This document shows, in pieces, positions 9,149-17,201 of a stretch of 32,000 nucleotides of DNA. The notes under the pieces are model-generated. The model was given only the letters and a program-made list of their open reading frames with translations. It had not been told where the DNA came from and searched no databases. The stretch is from Pyrodictium delaneyi (GTDB lineage Archaea > Thermoproteota > Thermoprotei_A > Sulfolobales > Pyrodictiaceae): assembly GCF_001412615.1 (NCBI RefSeq), contig NZ_CP013011.1:840001-872000 (forward strand), in the 5' to 3' direction. Made by a program: the position numbers and the translations under genes. Within the stretch, counting starts at the first letter, position 1, and each line of letters opens with the position of its first letter.

Positions 9149-9320
9149 CTACAATGCCCCATACGTAGCAGAACATCAGTATTACCATAACTATGCTACT
9201 AACTACCTTCAAACTAGAAGCCAGAAATCAACATCCTTGGCCTTCTACAAGACACAACCCCTAATGGAGGAATCCACAGAGGATAGGCCCAGAGCCAGCG
9301 GCCCAGGGGCTAAGCAGCAG

Positions 9321-10445
9321 CTACCTGCGGCTCCGGAGGACTAGTAGGTAGAGCCTCCTGCCCGGCCGGAACCTCTCGCCGAGCGGCTTCGTCTCCGCTT
9401 GTAGGCCGTACTCCCTGGCTAGCCTCGCGAGGGCCTCGTGGACCGGGATGTATGCTCCGCCGAGTATGCTGTCCCCGATGGTGTACCATGCCTGCCACTC
9501 TAGCCTCCCGGCTAGAAGCTCGATGTGCCTCTCCATGGCGTGGAAGTACTGGAGGAGGAAGCGGCGGTAGCCGCGGGCCCTGCTCCCCCTTATCCTAGAG
9601 GCTAGCTCGCGGAGCCAGGGATGCCGTGTCTCCTGTTTCCAGGCCCTGGCGGCTGCCTCGCATGCCGGCATCTGTATGCCTCGGAGCCAGCCGAGGTCCT
9701 CGCTGCCGTGGGCCAGGCCGGCCCAGAGTAGCTCGAGCATGGTGTGTCTCACGTAGTCCAGGTTGTTGGCGAAGGGCGGGCTCGTCAGCAGCCCACAGAT
9801 CCTCCCTGGGAGCCACGCGGTGGAGTCACCCCATACGAGGTCCACTGGGCCGCAGAACCGGTGGCCACGGAGGTCCCCGACGGCCCCGCGGAGGGCCTCC
9901 GCGAAGCCCTGGTACACATCGTGCCTTGTGGCCTCTACTGTTCCCCGGCGGAACCTGGGAGCCGGGCTGCGGCGGAGCAGGCTATACTCGCCTGCCACCC
10001 GGCCGAGGACCGCTAGTAGGAGGGGCCTCCAGTCCCGGGGTGCTTCTTCTACGAGGCGGCGGAGGCGGCCGAGAGCAGTGAGCACCTCCCGTGGGTGGTA
10101 CCGTTCTAGCCTGGGGCTCGGCACTAGGGGCTCCAGCTCCTCCACCGAGCCAAGCCGCTCCAGGGTCCAGTTGAGTACCGCGTCGTAGTCGAGGGGCCTG
10201 GTCTTCGCGGCTACGAGGATGAGGCTCCACGGGTCGGCGTCTACGCCTAGGAAGGAGAAGCACCTCTTCTGCGCCTCGACTGCTACCACGCCGCTCCCCA
10301 CGAACGGGTCTACGATGCCCCGGCAGCCCGCCTCCCTCGCGGCCTGCATGAACTCTTCTACGAGGCTTGGGCTGAGCCCGTGCTCGGTGTACACGCCGAT
10401 ACGGTGAACCGCGATACTGCGCCAAGGGTTAGCCAGAGCAGGCAA
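9321..10445 (-). CDS. DNA methyltransferase (amino-MTase; motif I before motif IV; SPPF variant)
   Basis: SAM-binding motif I in IVDPFVGSGVVAVEA. Catalytic motif IV in LLTSPPFANNLDY. Last gene of a four-gene minus-strand run, 22 nt after the endonuclease-like gene. Confidence 0.75.
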   Translation of the reverse strand: MPALANPWRSIAVHRIGVYTEHGLSPSLVEEFMQAAREAGCRGIVDPFVGSGVVAVEAQKRCFSFLGVDADPWSLILVAAKTRPLDYDAVLNWTLERLGSVEELEPLVPSPRLERYHPREVLTALGRLRRLVEEAPRDWRPLLLAVLGRVAGEYSLLRRSPAPRFRRGTVEATRHDVYQGFAEALRGAVGDLRGHRFCGPVDLVWGDSTAWLPGRICGLLTSPPFANNLDYVRHTMLELLWAGLAHGSEDLGWLRGIQMPACEAAARAWKQETRHPWLRELASRIRGSRARGYRRFLLQYFHAMERHIELLAGRLEWQAWYTIGDSILGGAYIPVHEALARLAREYGLQAETKPLGERFRPGRRLYLLVLRSRR

Positions 10446-10467
10446 CCCGGCCCTCCTCTAAGCGCTT

Positions 10468-10827
10468 CTAGAGCCAGTCGTAGTAGCCGTACCTGACTCT
10501 CCGGATCTTCACGCCTAGCTGCCTGGCGAGCCTCTGTGCTGCGGTAGTTATCCCTGTCTCGTAGGAAAGCACTAGCACTGGTATGGCCCTCGCCCTCCCG
10601 GCCTTCCTGGCTAGTTTCTCTACCTCGCTCCTGGTCACAGGTTTCGAGGGGCGGTGCTTGACCTCGAACACGTACCTCCTCCCCGCGTGCCACGCCACTA
10701 TGTCTATCTCCCCGTAGCTCCTAACGATATTCCTCTCTATGCCATAGTAGCCCTTGGACTCTAGCAGCCTGGCCACGAAGGACTCGTAGCCGCTCCCGCG
10801 CCCCCTCCGGCGGGGCATTCCCGCCAC
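10468..10827 (-). CDS. Small PD-(D/E)xK endonuclease (Mrr-cat-like; Hjc-like fold not excluded)
   Basis: FVARLLESKGYY...GEIDIVAWHAGRRYVFEVKHR...VTRSEVEKLARKA...IPVLVLSYETGITTAAQRLARQLGVKI fits the D-x(12)-ExK core and the overall pattern of Mrr-type restriction endonuclease catalytic domains. Confidence 0.6.
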   Translation of the reverse strand: MAGMPRRRGRGSGYESFVARLLESKGYYGIERNIVRSYGEIDIVAWHAGRRYVFEVKHRPSKPVTRSEVEKLARKAGRARAIPVLVLSYETGITTAAQRLARQLGVKIRRVRYGYYDWL

Positions 10828-10893
10828 CCTAGGGGGAGCTGAAGCACGGACATGCAGCCGTGGCCCTGGGAGATGCTCGCTGAGGGGAGTGTG

Positions 10894-12474
10894 CTAGGCT
10901 AGCCTTACCCGGACGGCGTCTCCCTGCTCGGCTAGCTCCTGCATCTTCTGGGCTGTACGTGATAGCCTACGGCCAGCCCAGCTGCCCCCAGCCCTGGCGA
11001 GTTTGCCTACGGCGCCTATGACGACCATTAGCTTGTGGTGGCGGCTGAGCTGGACGTTCAGCACCTGGGGCTCGTTGTAGTACATTGTCTGGTAGAAGTT
11101 GTCGTCTACCCAGGGGTCGTAGTCGCTGCGCCCGCTATACTCCTTGCCGAGTATCGCCACTACTGCGTCTGCCTCGCCGCCTATAACGGCCTGGACCGTG
11201 GCTGAGAGCGGCGGGTCGAAGTACTGGCCATAGTTGTGCTTGAAGTTGAAGGCTACGTTGGTGACTATGTCGCTGTACGGGGCTATAACCATCGTAGAGG
11301 GCTCCGCGTAGCTCCCCAGCTCGCGGGCAGCCTTGGCGTAGGCCTGTAGTATGAGGGAGACCTCGAGCCCCAGTTTGGTCCTCCTCTTGTCATAGGTGGA
11401 CGCCGTCCTCGAGGCGCTGAACTCGCCTGTCTCGACTACTACGAGGGGCTTCTCCGAGGTGACGGCCTCGTACACCGCGTTGAAGAGCCTGTCCAGCTCG
11501 GTACTCCAGGAGACAGTGCTGCGCAGCATCCGCTCTACCCGGGTCCTCGCGTCCTCGAATAGCTCGCGGAGGCTGCGTAGCCTCCAGTGTGCCGGCTCGT
11601 AGGCGCGTAGCCTGTCGTCGTAGAACCCGTGGCTTATCGGCTGCTCGCTGGGCCCGGGGAGCCTGTACGTGGTGTCGAGCATCACGAAGTTGTCGCGCTC
11701 TAGGCCGTGCTGGCGCACCAGGTGCATGACCTTGTTCATCAGTAGGCTTACCCTCTGGGCGCGGAACGCCTCCGGTACCGTTATCGCCTGCTCCGGGTCG
11801 CCGAGGGCGACGAGCGAGGCCGGGTAGTCGCTGTACCTCATTATAGCGTCGGCTATGCTTATGAAGGCCCGGTAGTAGGGGCTCTTACTAGCCTCGTCCA
11901 CCACCAGGTGTATCCTGCCCGGCTTGCTCGTGAAGCGGCCGCTCACCCTCTGGTACTCCGTCGCGAACACTATCCGGACCACGCTGGGGTCCACGGGCCC
12001 GTAGACCATGCTCTTCAGCGCCGTCTCGCTCGGCGGGCTCTCGTCCACCCCCTTTGCCCGGAACACCTTCTCGCAGTCCCTGACCGTCACCTTGGAGCCG
12101 TAGACGCGGGCACGGTCCACGATGTCCCGGAGCGTGTAGCCCCGTGCTAGGAGCGCGGCAGCAACCCTCTCAAACGCCTGCGCAGCCAGGTGGTTCGTAG
12201 GGGCAACATATATCACCAGCTCATCCAGCATATCGTCAAGCATGTCGGCCATGTGGTCGTGCACGAAGCTCTCGACTACGCTAGTCTTGCCCGTCCCCGG
12301 CGGCCCCTGGACGCCGCCCAGCGGCGCCTTAGCCGAGCCCTTCATCACCCGGACCAGTATGTCCACCGCCTTCTGCTGGCTACTGTTCAGCCGGAGGACG
12401 CGCCTACCAGACCTAGCCTCCTCGGCGCGCCTCCACGCCTCGGCGAGCAGCTCGCAGACATTGTAGCGGGCCAT
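10894..12474 (-). CDS. Superfamily 1B helicase (Upf1/Dna2-like, AAA_11/AAA_12 type)
   Basis: Full motif set present. Q: LNSSQQKAV. I: GPPGTGKT. Ia: VAPTNHLAAQAFERV. II: LVVDEASK. III: LVALGDPEQ. IV: LDTTYRLPGP. V: TVQAVIGGEADAVV. VI: LNVQLSRHHKLMVVIG. Confidence 0.8.
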   Translation of the reverse strand: MARYNVCELLAEAWRRAEEARSGRRVLRLNSSQQKAVDILVRVMKGSAKAPLGGVQGPPGTGKTSVVESFVHDHMADMLDDMLDELVIYVAPTNHLAAQAFERVAAALLARGYTLRDIVDRARVYGSKVTVRDCEKVFRAKGVDESPPSETALKSMVYGPVDPSVVRIVFATEYQRVSGRFTSKPGRIHLVVDEASKSPYYRAFISIADAIMRYSDYPASLVALGDPEQAITVPEAFRAQRVSLLMNKVMHLVRQHGLERDNFVMLDTTYRLPGPSEQPISHGFYDDRLRAYEPAHWRLRSLRELFEDARTRVERMLRSTVSWSTELDRLFNAVYEAVTSEKPLVVVETGEFSASRTASTYDKRRTKLGLEVSLILQAYAKAARELGSYAEPSTMVIAPYSDIVTNVAFNFKHNYGQYFDPPLSATVQAVIGGEADAVVAILGKEYSGRSDYDPWVDDNFYQTMYYNEPQVLNVQLSRHHKLMVVIGAVGKLARAGGSWAGRRLSRTAQKMQELAEQGDAVRVRLA

Positions 12475-12494
12475 CCCCGGCGCACCCCGTCGGG

Positions 12495-14342
12495 CTATAT
12501 CCTCACGCCGCCGAAGAGCAGGGCTAGCATGTCCTCGGCCTCCAGCTGCTCCTCCCTACCCAGCCTCTCCAGCGCCTCAGCACCCCTCCTCACAGTGCCC
12601 ATTTCCGCCGCCGTTACGCCCAGCAGCTCTAGCTGGGTCAGCTCCACGTTCACCTCGAGCGCCACAACGCCGTGGAACACTTCGGGGCTCGTCTCGGCCA
12701 GGTGCTCGAGCAGCGCCGGGTATATCCTGGAGAGCTTGTTGGCAGGCGCGACCCTCACGTAGACCCGGTCGGCCCCCTCGTCGTACTCCACGCTGCTGAC
12801 AGAGCCGTGGAAGCTTGCCCGGAGAAGCGGGTCACGTACATGCCCCTCGTTGAGGAACACCGCCGCCGGCTTGCCCTCCCGCAGGGTGAAGAGGTGCATG
12901 TTCTCCCGCTCCCAGCGGAGCGGCGGCCTCGCCAGCACCAGCTCGCCGCCATCAACCCAGGCCTCGTCGAACAGGTCCACCCTGGAGCCGTCGGGCAGCA
13001 CCCGGTTGACCAGCCTGCCGCGTATCCAGTCCATGCCGCTGCCGTACCTCAGTGCTAGGTCCCTGAAGTGCTTGTACGGGGCGAGCGCGTTCTCGCGGTG
13101 AGCGTATATCGCGAACCGGGCCCTCCAGGACTCGCTGCGGAAGGCCTTGAAGTCCGCGTAGCGGGGGTCCCGGCCGCTACTGAGGTAGTAGACGCAGGCC
13201 TCCCGGACGTTGTCCGGGCACAGCTTGCAGGGCCAGCGGAGCTCCTCGCGCAGCGGGCTACCCATGGGGAGCCGTACCCTGTCCCCGTCCAGCACCAGCT
13301 CGGGGACGAGGCGGAACACCGGCCTCCTCTTACCGCCCCTAGTCACGACGCTGCATATCTCCTCCACGTTGCGCGCATACTTGAGGTGCTCCCGCAGGTC
13401 GGTGACAGAGAGCGTGAGGTGCTCCGCCGCCAGCACCAGCCCCGCCATGAGCCTCCGCAGCTCGTGGTAGTCGCAGCCGCCCCGCCCGCCGATGCACAGC
13501 CGGGGGTGCTTCACGTAGACCCTCGAAGCCCTCCCCGTAGGCGAGGGCCTCACAACACCAGGCACGACGCGGGCGCCCCTGCCGTCCGGCCCCTCCCCGA
13601 GCACGGCGGAGACGTAGCTCTCGAACCCGTCCCCGGCGAGGCCCAGCCGCTCCGCCTCAAGCATAGCGTAGACATACGCCTGCGCTATGTCCACCTTGGT
13701 GACCTGGGCCGTCCTCCCCTCCCCAGGGCTATACGACTTCCACTCGATCACCGCAGCGTACCTGCCCACCGGGTCCTCCACGACAACATCGGCGACCCCC
13801 CAGACGTGGAGACGATAGCTCATAAACTGGTGCTCAGCAAGCACCCGGCTCCTCGCAAGAGCCTCCTCCGCCTCATCGCCCGCCAGAGCACGGAACGCAG
13901 TCTCCACGAACTCCACGCCAGCCCGGGCAAGCTCCTCCGAGGTCCGGATTATCTCGTCCTCCCGCGACTGGTCAATCTTCTCAACATCAAGAACCCCATC
14001 AGACTTAAGCCGGCCAAACGCCTCCTCCACAAGCCCACCGTAGTCGACACTACCCCCGCCCACATGCTCCCGCAGCGCCCGGGGAAACACCAGGGCAAGA
14101 ACCAGGTGGACAGCCTCACCCTTACCAGGCAGCACCGAGTGATAGAACCCACGAACACCCATCGTCTCCCCGAGACGCGCCATAAACACGCACTGCGCAG
14201 CAGCAGTAGCAACACTCCGGGCCTTCACAAGGTGCGCAGTAGCCCCGAGAAGACGGCCACCATCCTCCCCACAGCCAGGCCGACCGGTCGCCTCCACAAA
14301 GAACCTCTCAACAAGCAAGACACGAGGCCCCATATAGCACAC
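12495..14342 (-). CDS. RecB/Cas4-like PD-(D/E)xK nuclease-domain protein with Cys cluster and C-terminal uncharacterised domain
   Basis: HVWGVADVVVED...AAVIEWKSY...VDIAQAYVYAML gives D / ExK / QxxxY in the order typical of RecB-family (Cas4, AddB, Dna2) nucleases. Downstream cysteines: CIGGRGGC and WPCKLCPDNVREAC (CxxCx7C). The GTG at 14342 or the ATG at 14333 may be the start. The helicase gene follows after 20 nt. Confidence 0.6.
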   Translation of the reverse strand: MCYMGPRVLLVERFFVEATGRPGCGEDGGRLLGATAHLVKARSVATAAAQCVFMARLGETMGVRGFYHSVLPGKGEAVHLVLALVFPRALREHVGGGSVDYGGLVEEAFGRLKSDGVLDVEKIDQSREDEIIRTSEELARAGVEFVETAFRALAGDEAEEALARSRVLAEHQFMSYRLHVWGVADVVVEDPVGRYAAVIEWKSYSPGEGRTAQVTKVDIAQAYVYAMLEAERLGLAGDGFESYVSAVLGEGPDGRGARVVPGVVRPSPTGRASRVYVKHPRLCIGGRGGCDYHELRRLMAGLVLAAEHLTLSVTDLREHLKYARNVEEICSVVTRGGKRRPVFRLVPELVLDGDRVRLPMGSPLREELRWPCKLCPDNVREACVYYLSSGRDPRYADFKAFRSESWRARFAIYAHRENALAPYKHFRDLALRYGSGMDWIRGRLVNRVLPDGSRVDLFDEAWVDGGELVLARPPLRWERENMHLFTLREGKPAAVFLNEGHVRDPLLRASFHGSVSSVEYDEGADRVYVRVAPANKLSRIYPALLEHLAETSPEVFHGVVALEVNVELTQLELLGVTAAEMGTVRRGAEALERLGREEQLEAEDMLALLFGGVRI

Positions 14343-14484
14343 GCCGCGCCATAAAACCCAGTATTAAATACAGCGCAACAACACATCTACACAACAAGCC
14401 AAAACACCCCGGCCACCGGCTACCAAGAAACGCAGAACATATATAACAATCAAGACCCACCGCGGGCACAAGGGCAACAACACC
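14343..14484. promoter_or_regulatory. Divergent promoter region between the two arms of the methylase/ATPase/nuclease locus
   Basis: TATA-like attaaata (about 14363-14371) sits about 20-30 nt from the minus-strand start. acatatataac (about 14437-14447) sits about 40 nt upstream of the TTG at 14485. The + strand is extremely C+A-rich. A 10-bp direct repeat GCAACAACAC occurs at 14375-14384 and 14474-14483. Confidence 0.45.
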
Positions 14485-17139
14485 TTGGAGCCGCTCATAG
14501 CACACTACTACCCAACCAAAGAAGCCGGAGAAGAGTCACAAAGAGAACGAGGGACAAGAATACCGCCACCGCTCTTCTATCTCCATCTCTGGTGGGCGCG
14601 CCGCCCCCTAGCAGCAAGTCGCGCCACAGTCGCAGCCCTCGCAGTAGACACCAACAAGCCACCCGACAAGAGGTTCGTAGAAGAGCTCCTCCAAGCCATC
14701 AAGCTCGTGCCAGGGCTCCCCCGGCCAGCGTACAACTACAGCCCGGACCGGGAATGGATAGCCAGGCACAGCCGCGTAAAGGAGGCCACGCTCCTAGACC
14801 CCTTCGCCGGGGGCGGTAGCATCCCCCTCGAAGCCCTCCGCCTAGGATTCAAGAAGGTAGTGGCAGTCGAGTACAACCCCGTAGCCTACATCATACTCAA
14901 AGCAACCCTCGAGTACCCCCTCCGCTACGGCAAGAAGCTGGTAAAAGACGTAGAGTACTGGGCCAAGTGGCTAGTAGAGAACGTCCGCCGCGAGCTAGCC
15001 CCCTACTACCCACCACACCCCAAGGGACGACCCACAAACTACATCTGGGTAAGAGTCTACACATGCCCCGACGGCAAAAAGGTACCAAGCCTCAGCAACC
15101 CCATACTCTCAAAAGACAACAAGATAGCGCTAAAGCTGGAAGGCTTCGACGAGGAAGGCAACCCAATACTAAGGGTAGTAAATGTAAACGATGTAAGTAA
15201 GGCTAAGGAGCAGTACGCCACTATACGCCGCAAGAAGCTACGCTGCCCCACAGCCACCCTCGACTCCAAGGAGCTCCAACGCCAGTACCAAGAAGCCATG
15301 AAGCAGTGGGAGGAAGAAGGACGCTACGGCTACCACCCAGCAGTCCTAGCAGCCGTCAAGCTAGAAGACGGCAGCTACGCAGAGCCCACACAAGAGATGA
15401 TAGAAGCATATCGAAAAGCTGAACAGTACCTTCGAGAGCACTGGGACGAGCTGTTAGCGGAAGACCTCATCCCGGCAGAGCAGATTCCCGAGGGCGAGAA
15501 GACCCGCGAAGTACTACTACGCGGCATAGACAAGTTCTACAAACTCTTCAATGCACGCCAGCTGCTAGTCCATGCGATAGTAGTGAAGTACATTAGAGAA
15601 GCCTACCAAGAAATGCTGAACAAGGGCTACGACGAGGACTATGCAAAGGCGGTTGTAACCTATCTTGCTCTCGGTCACGGTAAGCTTTTAGACTATAGCT
15701 CTACTATGACCATGTGGCATATTAAAGGAGTAATAGGTCACACATTTGCTCGTCATGCGTACACATTTGGTAACGACTTTGCCGAAGGCGACATTATTCC
15801 TGGCAATAAGCAGGGGGATCTACTGAGCTGGGTGTTCTTTAGCAATACGGGTATCGTGAAGGCTTTGGAGCGTATTGTTGGCCTCCTCGAGGGTGCTAGC
15901 GGTGAGGTTGAGGTTGTTCTTGGTGATGCTGCTGATCCTGCTACCTATGCTGGAGTCGATGGTATAGACTTTGTTGTTGCTGATCCGCCGTATTACGATA
16001 ATGTGCAGTATGGTGAGCTTAGTGACTTCTTCTATGTCTGGTTTAAGCGTAGCCTTGGCGAGTTGTATCCGGAGGCGTTTGTCTGGGATACTGTGCCTAA
16101 GGATTCTGAGATTGTTGTTAACCGTGCTCGTGGGAGGGATGGGGCGTGGTTTGAGTCGAGGCTTCGGGCGGTGTTTGAGCTTGTGAGGGAGCAGGGTGCT
16201 GGGAGGCTTGCTGTGATGTATGCTCACCGGAGCAGTGAGGGCCTCTACGCGATGTTTGGGGCGCTTCTTGGGGCTGGCTGGAAGCCTGTTGGCGTGTGGG
16301 GCGTTGCTGCGGAGCAGCCTCGTAGCCAGCATATTGTGGGCAAGGCTGCTGCCCGGAGCATGCTTGTCATAGGCGCTGTGCCCCGTAGTGGCGGCTCTGG
16401 GTGTTTCTGGGATGCGCGGCTGCAGCGCCGTGTCGAAGAGGCCGTTGAGGCCGCTGTGAGGGAGACGCTAGGGCTCGGGCTTGGCCTTGTCGACGCGGTC
16501 TTGGCTGGTGTTGGTGCCGCGTTTCGTGTTGCTGGGGAGTGCTGGCCTCTCCAGAGGCTCGAGGGCGGCGTGGTCGGTGTCAGGGAGGTGGTTGACCTTG
16601 CTAGCCGTGTTGCGAGCCGTGCTGTGACCCGGGAGGTGCTGCGGGCTGAGATCGACCCATTGTCGACCATGTACTTCCTCGCCAGGGTCGTGTACGGCGA
16701 GCCGGAGTACGACGAGCTTAGGCGGCTGGGCTATGCTGCTGGGCTGAGCCACGAGGTGTTCATAGAGAGGTTCACCAAGGGATCGAGGACGAGCCGTGGC
16801 CGGAAGGTGTACCCGCTGAAGAGGCTCGACGAGATAGACGCTGTGCTGAGGCCGGGCTCGCTGGTGGAGGCTCTGGCTGTCGCCGTGCGGAGGTTCCTCG
16901 TGGCTGGCGTGGAGGAGGCTTTGGAGGCGCTGCGTGAGGCCGGCTATGGGCTCGACACGGCTGTGTGCCGGTACGTGGAGGCGCTTATGGCTGACAGCGA
17001 GGGCGGCGAGAAGAAGGCGCTTCAGGGTATCTACGCGGCCTGTGTGCAGCGTGGCCTGGCCGGCGGCCGCGGCGGCAGAGGCCCGGGCGAGGGCTCCGGC
17101 GGCCAGCGCACGCTCGTCGAGTTCCTGGGCAGAAGGTAG
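14485..17139 (+). CDS. DUF1156-type DNA methyltransferase (DPPY, probable N6-adenine)
   Basis: N-terminal LHLWWARRPLAASRA is the DUF1156 signature as I recall it. Motif I: LLDPFAGGGSIPLEA. Motif IV: FVVADPPYYDNVQYGELSDFFYVW. TTG start. Confidence 0.8.
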   Translation: MEPLIAHYYPTKEAGEESQRERGTRIPPPLFYLHLWWARRPLAASRATVAALAVDTNKPPDKRFVEELLQAIKLVPGLPRPAYNYSPDREWIARHSRVKEATLLDPFAGGGSIPLEALRLGFKKVVAVEYNPVAYIILKATLEYPLRYGKKLVKDVEYWAKWLVENVRRELAPYYPPHPKGRPTNYIWVRVYTCPDGKKVPSLSNPILSKDNKIALKLEGFDEEGNPILRVVNVNDVSKAKEQYATIRRKKLRCPTATLDSKELQRQYQEAMKQWEEEGRYGYHPAVLAAVKLEDGSYAEPTQEMIEAYRKAEQYLREHWDELLAEDLIPAEQIPEGEKTREVLLRGIDKFYKLFNARQLLVHAIVVKYIREAYQEMLNKGYDEDYAKAVVTYLALGHGKLLDYSSTMTMWHIKGVIGHTFARHAYTFGNDFAEGDIIPGNKQGDLLSWVFFSNTGIVKALERIVGLLEGASGEVEVVLGDAADPATYAGVDGIDFVVADPPYYDNVQYGELSDFFYVWFKRSLGELYPEAFVWDTVPKDSEIVVNRARGRDGAWFESRLRAVFELVREQGAGRLAVMYAHRSSEGLYAMFGALLGAGWKPVGVWGVAAEQPRSQHIVGKAAARSMLVIGAVPRSGGSGCFWDARLQRRVEEAVEAAVRETLGLGLGLVDAVLAGVGAAFRVAGECWPLQRLEGGVVGVREVVDLASRVASRAVTREVLRAEIDPLSTMYFLARVVYGEPEYDELRRLGYAAGLSHEVFIERFTKGSRTSRGRKVYPLKRLDEIDAVLRPGSLVEALAVAVRRFLVAGVEEALEALREAGYGLDTAVCRYVEALMADSEGGEKKALQGIYAACVQRGLAGGRGGRGPGEGSGGQRTLVEFLGRR

Positions 17140-17201
17140 CGCCCCGTGTACCGCCTAGCCTTGTGCGTGTTGTGGCCTGGTGCTAGTCGGGGTGGCTTGT
17201 C

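Noticed and set aside
9595-10693. ORFs 9626..10081, 9763..10188, 9982..10425 and 10358..10693, overlapping the SPPF methylase and the small endonuclease
   Set aside because: These are alternative-frame or antisense ORFs with low-complexity Arg/Pro/Gly products. The methylase frame carries the real motifs.
13068-14354. 428-aa ORF on the + strand, and the similar long ORFs at 12190..12762, 12672..13058 and 12850..13101, all overlapping the nuclease/helicase genes
   Set aside because: They are antisense shadows of well-supported minus-strand genes in GC-rich DNA. Their products are Arg/Pro/Ala/His-rich, low-complexity and motif-free.
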